A DNA stretch of 64,000 bases from an uncultured Methanosarcinales archaeon (GCA_964452935.1 CAYVNO010000001.1:25537-89536); one strand, 5' to 3'. Counted from the first letter of the stretch, positions 9,051 to 19,004 are shown. The notes: generated by a model not told the origin, from the letters alone. Numbers and translations are program-made.

Positions 9051-9434
9051 TCATATTAATTCTAAATATTTTTTTTGCCTTAGGAATATGACTTTTTTGT
9101 TTAATGTTTTTATCCTGTTTTTTAATTCTTTGTCTTGTGTGGCTATTGTATAACCTTTTTTGGTTAAATCAATTAGACAGTCGTCTACGTATTTTTCAGA
9201 GTCAATGGTTAGTATTTTAATATTTTTTGCTTTTAATAGTTGTAATGAGAGAGATGCTGCATCTTTGTGTTTTCCTTTCTGTTCTTTGATGATCTTATTT
9301 AGCTCATCTATTGTCTTGTCGAGGACAAAAAGTTCATACTTTGTATGTATTATGCGGTCTATCTCATCGAATATGTCAATTTTTAATGATGCTGGAAGTA
9401 TTGTAAAATTGGTGTCTAAGATGATTTTTTCCAT
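9051..9434 (-). CDS. PIN-domain protein (Utp24/Fcf1-like)
   Basis: IILDTNF...VDDCL...IATQDKEL...LRQKKYL, in the conserved position upstream of rpoE. Confidence 0.9.
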   Translation of the reverse strand: MEKIILDTNFTILPASLKIDIFDEIDRIIHTKYELFVLDKTIDELNKIIKEQKGKHKDAASLSLQLLKAKNIKILTIDSEKYVDDCLIDLTKKGYTIATQDKELKNRIKTLNKKVIFLRQKKYLELI

Positions 9435-9521
9435 ATAAGGCGTTTATATATGTTCCTTTATAAATGTTGGTGTTATTTATATCACAACATTTATATATCA
9501 GTATAGCAAAAGATATACTGT

Positions 9522-11642
9522 ATGATATTTGGATCTGGTTATCAAGGGCCTATGCGAAGTTATCATGCTAGCCCTGCAGGCTATTTAGGTAGTTTTAGTC
9601 ACCCTGTTTCTGATGATGGGCAGAAGATTGAAGGGAGTATAGATGGTTCTGGCGCTGTTGGCGTTGCTGATATGGGTATGAGTGTAACAGAAGGAGCTAG
9701 GTTCGGAAGTTTAATCCAAACAGCACAAAATGCCATTAGGTTAGGTACTGGTGCGATTGAACTAGCAACTATCCAGGGTGGAGCAGAACCTGGCGGAGCT
9801 GAGAGTTATGGGCATGAGGCAAGACAGGCTTTGAGAGAGTTAGCTAGAGCTAATAATGTTTATTTTACAAGTGTTCATACTCCAACTAATTCGGTTGCTA
9901 ATTTATCTGGATATAATCCACAGGAGAGAGGTTTTAATGATGAGTTTAGACATAGAGAAATGGAAGAGGTAAAAAAAGCTATAGAATTTGCAGCAGATGT
10001 TGGTGGTGGTGCAGTGGTGGTTCATACTGGAGAGGCACAAAGAGATATGTCAACTGCTCCTTGGAATAGAGAGATTTATCCTGGGCAGAAAGAATTCTTA
10101 GGCTTTGATGAAGAACAAGGAAGACAGGTATTGTATATGGTTGATGATAGAAATGGAAAATTAATAACAGAAGTTAGAAAATCTCAAACAGTTTTTGAAC
10201 CAGATTTTGAGACTACTGTTATTGATGGAAAAGAGGTTTATGTTGATCAGGATGGAAACCCGTTACAAGATGAAACTGATTTTGATAATTTATTTAGGAG
10301 GGTTCCAAAATGGGATTCTGGCGGAACAAAGTTTAAGACAAAAAGAAGAGATTGGCAATTTTTTGTAGATAAGGCTGCAAGATGGAATCAAAATCATCCA
10401 AGAGAGGATGGGAGAGACTGGACTGCAGAAGATATATTTTTTAGAACACAGATGGAAACTAGAGTATTACAACATAGAGGTCATTCTCTGTTTTATGGTA
10501 GAAGTTATGAAGAGTCACAAAGGGCAAGAGATGAGATGTTGAAAGCCTATGATCATTATAAAAAATTAGAGGATAGTATGTCTCCTGAAGAGTTATGGAA
10601 GGTTATGGAACAAGATTCTAAAATGGGGAGACATGGTTATGGTGTCATGGGGAAGTTTGTACCAACTGAAGGTAAATTACCTACACAGATCATAAAAGAA
10701 GCAATTCATCAACAAAACTTAGATTTAAAACACATTAGAGAGGCTTCAGCAGCAGCAGATGCAGAAGCTGATCAGATTATTGAAACATTAGAACATGTTA
10801 AACCTGCACAAGTTTATGCAAAAGAGATTACATCAAAATCTTATGCAGAGGCTGGAATTCTTGCAATGGAACAGACAAAGAATAATCCTTATGCAAAGAG
10901 AGATATATTTGTTGCACCAGAAAATTTATGGCCTGAGATGGGTTATGGTACACATCCAAGGGAGTTGTTGGAGTTAGTTACTGTTGCGAGAGAGAAAATG
11001 ATACAGTTTTTGACTGAGAAAGAGATTCCAAGTAGGCAGGAAATGAGGGATGAAGAAGGTAATTTAAAGATGGAGATTAATCCATTCTATACAGGGATGA
11101 ATAAAAAGGATGCACAAGAGTATGCAAAAAGACATATTAAAGCGACATTTGATACACAGCATTTAGGAATGTGGTGGAAACATTTTCAACCTATGCCTGG
11201 TGAAACTAAGGATGAAAGAAAAGGAAGATTTATGACTTGGTTTAAGGACGAAGTAAAAAATTTACATGAACATGATATTATTGGGCATATTCATGCTGTT
11301 GATAGTTTAGGTGGTGGACATCATCACTTACCTGTTGGACAGGGAGATTTGCCTATTAAAGAGATGTTAGAATGGATGAGAAGAAAAGGTTACAAGGGAA
11401 CTATGATTTCAGAAGGTCATGAAGAAGATGGAAGATTTGGTGCAGGAAGACAGATGACTGAAACTTGGAGTCATTTAGGAAGTAATATGGTTGGGTTAGG
11501 TTATGGAATGGGTGCTCCAGCTCCAGCATTTTCAGATGTACATCATTCTTATTTCAGAAGTATGCAGAATCCTTATTTTATATTTGGTGCTTATTCTCCA
11601 AGCAATGATTGGCAGCTATGGACCCAGGTTCCGATGGAGTGA
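9522..11642 (+). CDS. Xylose isomerase/AP endonuclease 2-like TIM-barrel protein with large insertions
   Basis: SVHTP, VVVHTGE, APENL, TFDTQH, HIHAVD...HHHLPVGQGDLP and ISEG metal-site motifs. Confidence 0.7.
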   Translation: MIFGSGYQGPMRSYHASPAGYLGSFSHPVSDDGQKIEGSIDGSGAVGVADMGMSVTEGARFGSLIQTAQNAIRLGTGAIELATIQGGAEPGGAESYGHEARQALRELARANNVYFTSVHTPTNSVANLSGYNPQERGFNDEFRHREMEEVKKAIEFAADVGGGAVVVHTGEAQRDMSTAPWNREIYPGQKEFLGFDEEQGRQVLYMVDDRNGKLITEVRKSQTVFEPDFETTVIDGKEVYVDQDGNPLQDETDFDNLFRRVPKWDSGGTKFKTKRRDWQFFVDKAARWNQNHPREDGRDWTAEDIFFRTQMETRVLQHRGHSLFYGRSYEESQRARDEMLKAYDHYKKLEDSMSPEELWKVMEQDSKMGRHGYGVMGKFVPTEGKLPTQIIKEAIHQQNLDLKHIREASAAADAEADQIIETLEHVKPAQVYAKEITSKSYAEAGILAMEQTKNNPYAKRDIFVAPENLWPEMGYGTHPRELLELVTVAREKMIQFLTEKEIPSRQEMRDEEGNLKMEINPFYTGMNKKDAQEYAKRHIKATFDTQHLGMWWKHFQPMPGETKDERKGRFMTWFKDEVKNLHEHDIIGHIHAVDSLGGGHHHLPVGQGDLPIKEMLEWMRRKGYKGTMISEGHEEDGRFGAGRQMTETWSHLGSNMVGLGYGMGAPAPAFSDVHHSYFRSMQNPYFIFGAYSPSNDWQLWTQVPME

Positions 11643-11661
11643 ACGTTTTTATTGGTAGAAT

Positions 11662-12494
11662 TTATTTCTTTTCTAATTTCTTTTTATCCTCCTCTTGTAA
11701 GAAGTTTTCTTTTGAAATTATTGATTCTCCAAGATTATTTTCAATATCTTTTCTTGTTCTTTTTGCAATGCTTCCCCTTTTATGGCAGAGTCTTTGCATC
11801 TGTTAAATCCTTGGGAGTCTTTTTTTCTTGTAATGTCTGTGGTTGCTTTTTCACCAATCATATTAAGAATTAATTCCCAATCGCCCATGTGATCTCTTAG
11901 ATTTTGGTTTTTCTTTGTCAGTCCTTTGAATTGTTTATATTCTGAGATTGTTTTTCCAAAACTAGCTTTGGAGATTTCGTTAGTTAGAATTGCAAAGTCT
12001 TTTTGTTCTTCAATTCCTCTATTTTTCCACTCATCTGTTAGTTCTTGTCTTATTGCTATTCCTCTTAATCTTTTGTCAATCCAATCTTTTGGATAACCTT
12101 TTAGTTCATAGTATTTCTTTACTCTATCTTGTGCAATTTCTGGGTTTTCTATTTCTTCAATTCTTTCGTATCCGACTTGAGCTAGCCATTGTTTGAATGG
12201 TTCTGCTTTTTTTGAAGGTATTGATTGGATTATCCTAAACATTGACTTAGTGTTAGCACAGTCCGTAAGTCTCATTTTGCCATCAGGAGCTTCTAGTTTC
12301 AACTGTCGACAATTTGTCGATAGTTCAATTCCATGTTCAGATTCTCTCTTTTTCAATCTATACCAATAATCTTTAGCGTCTACACTATCTGTAAGGGCTA
12401 AAACAACATCTATTACTGAGAAATACCATTCGCCACTACACCTTATTCTTCTGATCTGTTTTCCTTGGAATACTATTAGTTTGTTCTTTTCCAT
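11662..12494 (-). CDS. Bro-N domain (phage antirepressor-like) protein with a frameshift near 11775
   Basis: WYFSVIDVV...LKLEAPDGKMRLTDCA...RIIQSIPSKKAEPFKQWLAQVG...NLRDHM. The family-like C-terminus GGSIAKRTRKDIENNLGESIISKENFL continues in another frame. Confidence 0.8.
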
Positions 12495-12587
12495 CTAATT
12501 TTAGATGATTAGTTCATATATAAAACTGATTATTTATTGCTAGAAAGTTGTTGTCAGATTGTGTTTAGGACTATTGTGTGGTTGTAA

Positions 12588-12845
12588 CTAGCTAGTTTTC
12601 CACTCGTTAGAGCTGTGGTCTGCGTAGAAATCTATTTGAGGATTGCAAACTTTTGTTTTCGGATTAATTGCTTTTTTATTCTTTTTTGCGCATTCTGGAC
12701 AGAAAATAAATTTCTTGAATGTGTGAGAAATACTTTTTCTTTTTTGATGGTCTTCACAGATGTATCTGCCGCAATGATCACAGAATGTGTCGGTATGTGA
12801 TTTGCAGATATAACATCTGCCATCCCAATGGTAGTGGAATCCCAT
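12588..12845 (-). CDS. Small Cys/His-rich zinc-finger protein
   Basis: CYIC, CDHC, CEDH and CPEC motifs. Confidence 0.65.
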   Translation of the reverse strand: MGFHYHWDGRCYICKSHTDTFCDHCGRYICEDHQKRKSISHTFKKFIFCPECAKKNKKAINPKTKVCNPQIDFYADHSSNEWKTS

Positions 12846-12857
12846 CTTAATTAAGAT

Positions 12858-13100
12858 TTATTTTTTCTTTTTAACTAATTCATCTAGTTTATCTGTTGGT
12901 TTTGCTTGTGCTTGTGCAGCTTTTGCTTGTGCTTCAAGGTCAACACCTAGATCTTTTAAGGATTTAATATGCATTTGCATTAGTTGTTCAACAATATTAA
13001 GAATCTTCATCATTTCTTCTCTTTCTTTTGCTAATGTTGATAATGCTCCTTTATGAAATCCAACTTGTTCATCTTTACTTGTATTTGCTTCTTCTGTCAT
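12858..13100 (-). CDS. Small hypothetical protein
   Basis: ATG after GAGGTG. EQVGFHKGALSTLAKEREEM...HIKSLKDLGVDL is a helical sequence. Confidence 0.7.
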   Translation of the reverse strand: MTEEANTSKDEQVGFHKGALSTLAKEREEMMKILNIVEQLMQMHIKSLKDLGVDLEAQAKAAQAQAKPTDKLDELVKKKK

Positions 13101-13202
13101 TTTGACACCTCGTGTGTTATTTAATAAGAGAAATATCATAACTTATATATAAATATTGGGAATCGAAAGTTTTATATATAATGTTCATGACTTTCAGTAG
13201 TT

Positions 13203-13421
13203 ATGGAAAGAAGTAGAAAGGTAGGATTAATACCAAAGGCGCCAGTGGCGAGAATATTAATGAATTCAGGGGCTAAGAGAGTTAGTGCAGATGCTGTGGA
13301 CGCATTTGTTGATGTGTTGATTGATTTAACTGAAAGAATTGCAACACAATCAGCAAAGATTGCAAAGCATTCTGGAAGAAAGACTGTACAAGAAGGAGAT
13401 GTTAAGTTAGCATCTAAGTGA
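13203..13421 (+). CDS. Archaeal histone (HMf family)
   Basis: IPKAPVARILMNSGAKRVSADA...AKHSGRKTVQEGDVKLA histone fold. TTTATATA promoter upstream. Confidence 0.93.
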   Translation: MERSRKVGLIPKAPVARILMNSGAKRVSADAVDAFVDVLIDLTERIATQSAKIAKHSGRKTVQEGDVKLASK

Positions 13422-13776
13422 TGTTTTTGAATGCGTTTGCTTCAAGTTTTGTTTTAGCTTTATGACATTCTTTGCATAATGTTCTTAGGTTTGATTTATT
13501 AAATGGGTTGATTTTCCCTCTTACTGGGATTATATGGTCAATGTCTAATTTAGATTTTCTAAATCTTTTTTTACATATGTTGCATTTGTATTTATCTCTT
13601 CTTAGAATGGCTTTTCTTACGAAATACCAAGAGTGGTCTTCATTGAATGTGTTCATGCACTCTTCTGAGCAGTAGTTTCTTCTAGTTTTTGGAACTATGT
13701 TTTCACAGTTTCTACATATCTTATTTCCGTTTAGGTCTATCTTGTTTTCATAGTCTTTTATTCTTGGAAAGCGCAT
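13414..13776 (-). CDS. HNH endonuclease with an N-terminal Cys cluster
   Basis: RDKYKCNIC...DIDHIIP...NLRTLCKECHKAKT. Confidence 0.88.
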   Translation of the reverse strand: MRFPRIKDYENKIDLNGNKICRNCENIVPKTRRNYCSEECMNTFNEDHSWYFVRKAILRRDKYKCNICKKRFRKSKLDIDHIIPVRGKINPFNKSNLRTLCKECHKAKTKLEANAFKNIT

Positions 13777-13851
13777 GGAAATATTGTAATTTGCTTGTTT
13801 TTATGTTTTTTGATGGTTAAATTTATATATCAATTATATGTAATTCTTTGT

Positions 13852-14475
13852 ATGTTAATTGCTTTATCATTATCAGCTATTGCTTTGTTAATAATGTTCT
13901 TGTTATATTGGAAATTCTATTTTCTTAGGGATCCAATCCGAGCTATACCTGCTGATGAGAATTTAGTTGTTAGTCCTGCTGATGGTCGAGTTAGTAGAAT
14001 AATTAGGTTTGGTGGGAAAAAGCTAGAGATTGACAAGGGGTTATTGGGAAGAATAAAGACAATGACTAATGATGTTGCAAAGAAAGGTTATCTAATAAAT
14101 ATTGTTATGACTCCGTTAGATGTTCATTATCAAAGATCTCCTATAAGTGGGCAGGTTGTTAATATAAATTATAAAAAAGGTAAATTTAGGAATGCGATGT
14201 TGGATTCTAAATCTTTGAGATGTTTGAGGAATGAGAATAACCAGATATTAATCAAAGGAAAAATAAAAGCAAAAGTAATACAGATTGCTGGTGTGTTAGC
14301 AAGAAGAATCAAATGTCATGTTAGAAAAAAAGACAATCTTTTAAAAGGACAAAGACTAGGATTAATTAATCTAGGAAGTCAGGTGTGTTTAATAATACCT
14401 GAGATAAAAAAATTGAATATTAAAGAAGGCCAGTATGTTTATGGTGGAACAACTGTTGTAGGTGAGATTAAATGA
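13852..14475 (+). CDS. psd: Phosphatidyl/archaetidylserine decarboxylase
   Basis: FLRDP, VSPADG, DVHYQRSPISG, NENN, QIAGVLARRI and the LGS self-cleavage motif. Confidence 0.92.
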   Translation: MLIALSLSAIALLIMFLLYWKFYFLRDPIRAIPADENLVVSPADGRVSRIIRFGGKKLEIDKGLLGRIKTMTNDVAKKGYLINIVMTPLDVHYQRSPISGQVVNINYKKGKFRNAMLDSKSLRCLRNENNQILIKGKIKAKVIQIAGVLARRIKCHVRKKDNLLKGQRLGLINLGSQVCLIIPEIKKLNIKEGQYVYGGTTVVGEIK

Positions 14476-14990
14476 AGATGTATAAATTATTGAAATTAGC
14501 TGATTTTGTTACAATGGGGAATTTAGTTGCTGGTCTGATCTCTGTAATTTATTCAATTAAACAAAACTTTACTATTGCTGTTATTTTTATGGTTCTTGCT
14601 GTTATTTTTGACGCTTTAGATGGGAGAGTAGCTAGATTGTCTAAGAATACAAAGATAAAAAAGGATTTTGGTAAGGAGTTAGATTCTTTAGCTGATGTTG
14701 TTTCATTTGGTGCTGCTCCTGCAATATTTGGTTATTGTTTAGGTTTGAGAGAGTGGTATTTTGTTGTTATATTGTTATTTTTTGCAGTGTGCGGGATGTT
14801 AAGATTAAGTAGGTTTAATATTTTGAATATTAAAGGATACATTGGTGTGCCTATAACTGTGAATGGTTTATTATTTCCTGTTTTGTATCTGATTTATTAT
14901 TATGTGAACTTTCCATTATGGGTTTTTGCGATTTTTTATTTGATAATGGCTTTTTTAATGATTTCATCAAAGAAATTTAAGAAAATTTGA
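14472..14990 (+). CDS. pssA: CDP-alcohol phosphatidyltransferase (archaetidylserine synthase)
   Basis: DALDGRVAR...FGKELDSLADVVSFGAAPA and RLSRFN. Confidence 0.92.
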   Translation: MKMYKLLKLADFVTMGNLVAGLISVIYSIKQNFTIAVIFMVLAVIFDALDGRVARLSKNTKIKKDFGKELDSLADVVSFGAAPAIFGYCLGLREWYFVVILLFFAVCGMLRLSRFNILNIKGYIGVPITVNGLLFPVLYLIYYYVNFPLWVFAIFYLIMAFLMISSKKFKKI

Positions 14991-14997
14991 GGTAAAA

Positions 14998-15333
14998 ATG
15001 AAAGAGTTTTGGGTATTATTGATTGCATGTGGAATTGGAACATTAATTTGTCAGATAATCAAGTTCTTATTAACTGTTGTTAAGAAGAAAACTGATTATA
15101 AAATGTTAGTTAATGCAGGTGGAATGCCTTCTTCACACTCTGCGTCAATGGTTGTTTTGAGTTTATTGTTGTATTTAATAAATGGACTTAGTTTGTTAAC
15201 TGCAATGGCTATAGTGTTAATGTTTGTTATATTTAGTGATGCTTATAACTATAGGCATAAGTTGTCTGAGATTTTTGTTGGGATTTTGATAGGGGTGGTT
15301 ATCGCTTTGGTTACTTGGGGTGTGTTTTTATGA
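14998..15333 (+). CDS. Divergent PAP2-family membrane protein (DUF212-like)
   Basis: QIIK...GGMPSSHS...SDA...H..EIFVG. Confidence 0.8.
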   Translation: MKEFWVLLIACGIGTLICQIIKFLLTVVKKKTDYKMLVNAGGMPSSHSASMVVLSLLLYLINGLSLLTAMAIVLMFVIFSDAYNYRHKLSEIFVGILIGVVIALVTWGVFL

Positions 15334-15875
15334 TTGATTTTGTTTTGATGTGTTTATATCTGATTTTACCTGGGGCTGTGGCGAACATGGTTCCAGCAAT
15401 GTTTAGGAATTGTTTTAAAAAATATGCTTATCCTGTTGATTTTGGGCTAAAATTTAGAGGGAAAAGAGTTTTAGGTGCAAACAAGTCTTACAAAGGATTG
15501 TTATTGGGTGTAGTTGCTGCAGTAATTGTTGCTTTTATTCAAAAGATGTTGTATGTTTATCCTTTTTTCCAGAATATAAGTTTTATTGATTATTTTTCTG
15601 TTAATTTTGTTTTGTTGGGATTCTTATTGGGTTTTGGTGCGTTGTTTGGTGATTTAGTTGAGAGCTTTGTTAAGAGGCAGTTTAATGTTGCACCTGGAAA
15701 GCCTTTTATTCCATGGGATCAGTTGGATTTTGTGTTGGGAATGATTTTGTTTATTTCTTTTGTTAAGGTGCTGACATGGCAGATGTTGTTGTTTTATGTG
15801 CTTGTGATTCCTTTTTTACATGTATTGTTTAATCTGATTGGGTATGGTTTGGGTTTGCAGAAGAATAAGCTATAA
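15330..15875 (+). CDS. carS: CDP-archaeol synthase
   Basis: ANMVP, PVDFG...GKRVLGANKSYKG, GDLVESFVKRQ and PWDQLD. Confidence 0.9.
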   Translation: MIDFVLMCLYLILPGAVANMVPAMFRNCFKKYAYPVDFGLKFRGKRVLGANKSYKGLLLGVVAAVIVAFIQKMLYVYPFFQNISFIDYFSVNFVLLGFLLGFGALFGDLVESFVKRQFNVAPGKPFIPWDQLDFVLGMILFISFVKVLTWQMLLFYVLVIPFLHVLFNLIGYGLGLQKNKL

Positions 15876-17177
15876 TCACTTCGATTCCAGTTTTTCAGTA
15901 AAGAACTTTTCAAATTCATCTATTTCGTCTTTTAGAACATCTATTTTCTTAGTTAATTTATCTATTTGTTTACTATGATCTTTTTGTTTGTTGTTTTTCA
16001 TTAGTTTTTCTAAATAATCCTTTGTTACCATGTTTTTTGGTGTTTTTTCTTCTTTGTCTACTAGTTCTGTGAAGTATTTCTCATATTCATCCATCTCTTT
16101 CTTTAAATCTTTTATTTTTTGAGAGTTTTCTTTTACATGTTCTTTGTAGTCTTTTTTTGTGCTTAGGTTTTTTGTTATTTTGTTAAGTGTTTTTTCAACA
16201 AAGTCTTTTGTTGCTATCTTTTTATCTATTTTTTTGTCCTCTAATTTCTCACTAAAGTATGATTCTTGATCGTCAATGTCTTTTTTTAGGTTTGTTAGCT
16301 GTTTTGTTAGTGAGATCATCTCTTTGTCAAACTCTTTTTTTGTTACTCCTGGTGTTTTTAACTTCGATATTTCTTTTTTTAGGTCGTCTTTTGTGATAAA
16401 ACTTTGTTTTATGTTGTCTAACTCAACACTATCAGATTCGATTGAATTTAATCTTTGATCTAGTTTCTCTGTGTTATCATTCATTTTTGTTAATGTCTTG
16501 TTTAATTCTTTAGTTGAGACTGTGTTTTCTTCTAGTTTTTCTATTTTCTCTCTTAGTTCGTCTATGTTCATTAGGTTTTCTTGTTTTAAATTATTGAGCT
16601 TTAATGTTTCTTGTTCAATATGGCTAACTCTTTTTGTGTATTGGTCTAGTTTTTCTAACTCTTTCTTTATATTTCCTTTTTTCTCTAGCTCTTTGTTTAG
16701 TTTATCGATAACTTTCTTTGATTTTGATACTGTTAACATCTCTTTTTCTATACTTTCTACTTTCTCTACTACATAATCTATGTCTGACTCTTTTGTTATT
16801 AAGCCTTTTATCTCTTTATTTGTTTTAGTGACTTTTTCATTTACTTTATCGACTTCTTTGTTGTAATATGTGTTTAACTCTTTCATACCTTTAACTAGTT
16901 CGTTGTTTATTTTTGATATCTCTGATTTAAGTTCAGATGTTTGTGTGTCATTTCTGTTAATCTTTTTTATTTCATTCTTTATAGAGTTTAATTCTTTGCT
17001 AATTTCACTTACTTCTTTGTTTGAGACGAAGTTATTAGAAATTTGTTGAGTTCTTTTTGAGATGTTCTTGTCTAGGTTTGTATTTATTTGACTAATAGAA
17101 TTATTTAGTTTTTTCATATCTCTTTCTATTAAAGAAAACGCTTTTTGAAGTCTTTTTTCTTGTGCTGTATTCACCAT
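15876..17177 (-). CDS. Long coiled-coil protein with internal repeats
   Basis: K/E/N-rich heptads, with a repeated (V/A)TKD..K...IDE.E.YF.E.L unit at the C-terminus. Confidence 0.65.
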   Translation of the reverse strand: MVNTAQEKRLQKAFSLIERDMKKLNNSISQINTNLDKNISKRTQQISNNFVSNKEVSEISKELNSIKNEIKKINRNDTQTSELKSEISKINNELVKGMKELNTYYNKEVDKVNEKVTKTNKEIKGLITKESDIDYVVEKVESIEKEMLTVSKSKKVIDKLNKELEKKGNIKKELEKLDQYTKRVSHIEQETLKLNNLKQENLMNIDELREKIEKLEENTVSTKELNKTLTKMNDNTEKLDQRLNSIESDSVELDNIKQSFITKDDLKKEISKLKTPGVTKKEFDKEMISLTKQLTNLKKDIDDQESYFSEKLEDKKIDKKIATKDFVEKTLNKITKNLSTKKDYKEHVKENSQKIKDLKKEMDEYEKYFTELVDKEEKTPKNMVTKDYLEKLMKNNKQKDHSKQIDKLTKKIDVLKDEIDEFEKFFTEKLESK

Positions 17178-17216
17178 ATGTCTCCCCTTTATTTAAATTT
17201 GGGAGAGAATGTTTGT

Positions 17217-17783
17217 TTATAAAGATTTCGAATACCAGTTTAAGAACTTTATTAAGTTCTGACGATAACCAACTAGTTTATCTCTTATCTTTGTGTCTTC
17301 TGCAAGTGTTTTTTCGTAACCATCTGGTGTAAAAATTGAATCAAAACCAAACCCGTTATCTCCTTTTGGTTCTATTGGAACTGTTCCTTTTATCTTGTTT
17401 ATGAAACATACTGGGTCTTTATTAGGTGCGCAGAATCCTAAAGCTATTTTACATACTGCTTCTCTGTTTGTATTTTTAATTTGGTTTATGATTCCATTAA
17501 TTCCTACCTTGTTTATTTCAACGGCAGTGTTTATTCCGGGATAACCATTTAGTGTTGTAATGAATAATCCTGTGTCTGTTGTGATTACATCTTTATTGAA
17601 TTTATTTGCAGATAGTTTTGCACCTTCTTTTGCTACATGTTCGACAGAGTTCATGCTTTTATCTTCTGGATAATCATATTCAAGAATTTCAAATTTAATA
17701 TTTAAATCTTTGAACTCTTTTAGAATGTTATTGAATATTTCTACCTTACCAGGATTATGGGTTACATAATAAATAGTTTTCAT
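17217..17783 (-). CDS. Ham1/RdgB-family non-canonical purine NTP pyrophosphatase (divergent)
   Basis: THNPGK, DTGLFITTLNGYPG and GDNGFGFDSIFTPDGYEKTLAE. The SHR motif is absent. Confidence 0.85.
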   Translation of the reverse strand: MKTIYYVTHNPGKVEIFNNILKEFKDLNIKFEILEYDYPEDKSMNSVEHVAKEGAKLSANKFNKDVITTDTGLFITTLNGYPGINTAVEINKVGINGIINQIKNTNREAVCKIALGFCAPNKDPVCFINKIKGTVPIEPKGDNGFGFDSIFTPDGYEKTLAEDTKIRDKLVGYRQNLIKFLNWYSKSL

Positions 17784-18971
17784 TTAATCCTCTAAAATTC
17801 TTATTGATGGAAGGTCTTTACCTTCAAACATCATTAATGAAGCTCCTCCTCCTGATGAAACATGAGTTACTTTGTCTTGTAAATTAAACTTTTCGATTGC
17901 TGCTGCTGAGTCTCCTCCTCCTATGATTGACTTTGCGTTAGAGTTTGCGACTGTTTGAGCAATCTTTTTTGTACCTTCTGCAAAATTATCCATTTCAAAT
18001 ACTCCTAATGGTCCATTCCAGATTATTGTACTTGCATGATTTAGGATTGTGGTGTAAAGTTTTACTGTTGCTGGGCCGATGTCTAATACTTGCCATTTGT
18101 CGGGAATTTGTTCTATGAGTACCACTTTTTTGTCTGCGTTATTGCAGAATTTGTTGGCGATTATTACATCAACAGGTAGTACAATTTTTGGGTCTTCTAT
18201 TAATTCTCTAATTTCTGCTTTTTCATGACTAAGTCCTTCTTCATCTACCTTAGAGTCCCCTGTGTTTAGTCCTAGAACTCTTAAAAATAACATTGATAAT
18301 GCTCCTCCTATAAGGATTTTATCTGCTTTTTTTAGTAAGTTGTTTATTGCAGAAATCTTATCTGCTTTTAGTCCACCTATGATTGAGACAAGAGGTTTTT
18401 CTGGGTTTTCGATAGCATTTTTTATTGTTTTTACCTCATTTTCAACAACAAATCCTGCACAACCAGGGATGTGTTCTGTTATGTTATATATTGAAGCATG
18501 TTTTCTATGAGACGCTGCAAATGCGTCATTTATATATATGTCTGCCATAAGTGCAAGTTTTCTTCCGAATTCAAATCTTTCTTTTTCATCTTTTGACTTT
18601 TCTTCTTTATTGAATCGAATATTTTCTAACATCAAGATTTCTCCTGGACTTAATGATTTTATTGCGGCTTCTGTTTCTTCTCCTATGCATGAGTCTATTT
18701 TTTTTACCTCTTTGTTTAATAGTTCTGAGAGTCTTTTTGCCAGTATGTTTGTTCTTAATTTTTCTACAATTTTTCCGTTAGGTCTTCCTAGATGAGTAAT
18801 AATAATTATTTTTGCATTTTTTTCTAAGAGGTAGTTGATTGTTGGAAGAGTGAGCCTTATTCTTTTATCACTTGTTATGTTCATCTCTTCATCTATTGGT
18901 ACGTTATAATCTACTCTTAGAATTACTGTTTTATCCTCAAAATTGAAGTCTTTTAGTGTTTTTAGAGGCAT
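17784..18971 (-). CDS. pgk: Phosphoglycerate kinase
   Basis: LRVDYNVP, HLGRP, YINDAFAASHR, WNGPLGVFE, GGGDS and SSGGGAS. Confidence 0.97.
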   Translation of the reverse strand: MPLKTLKDFNFEDKTVILRVDYNVPIDEEMNITSDKRIRLTLPTINYLLEKNAKIIIITHLGRPNGKIVEKLRTNILAKRLSELLNKEVKKIDSCIGEETEAAIKSLSPGEILMLENIRFNKEEKSKDEKERFEFGRKLALMADIYINDAFAASHRKHASIYNITEHIPGCAGFVVENEVKTIKNAIENPEKPLVSIIGGLKADKISAINNLLKKADKILIGGALSMLFLRVLGLNTGDSKVDEEGLSHEKAEIRELIEDPKIVLPVDVIIANKFCNNADKKVVLIEQIPDKWQVLDIGPATVKLYTTILNHASTIIWNGPLGVFEMDNFAEGTKKIAQTVANSNAKSIIGGGDSAAAIEKFNLQDKVTHVSSGGGASLMMFEGKDLPSIRILED

Positions 18972-19004
18972 TTTGAGAATGTGAGTATTATGCTATTTTT
19001 ATAT

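Noticed and set aside
11662..13776. Prophage, suggested by Bro-N and HNH
   Set aside because: There are no structural, terminase or integrase genes, and the two genes are interspersed with cellular genes.
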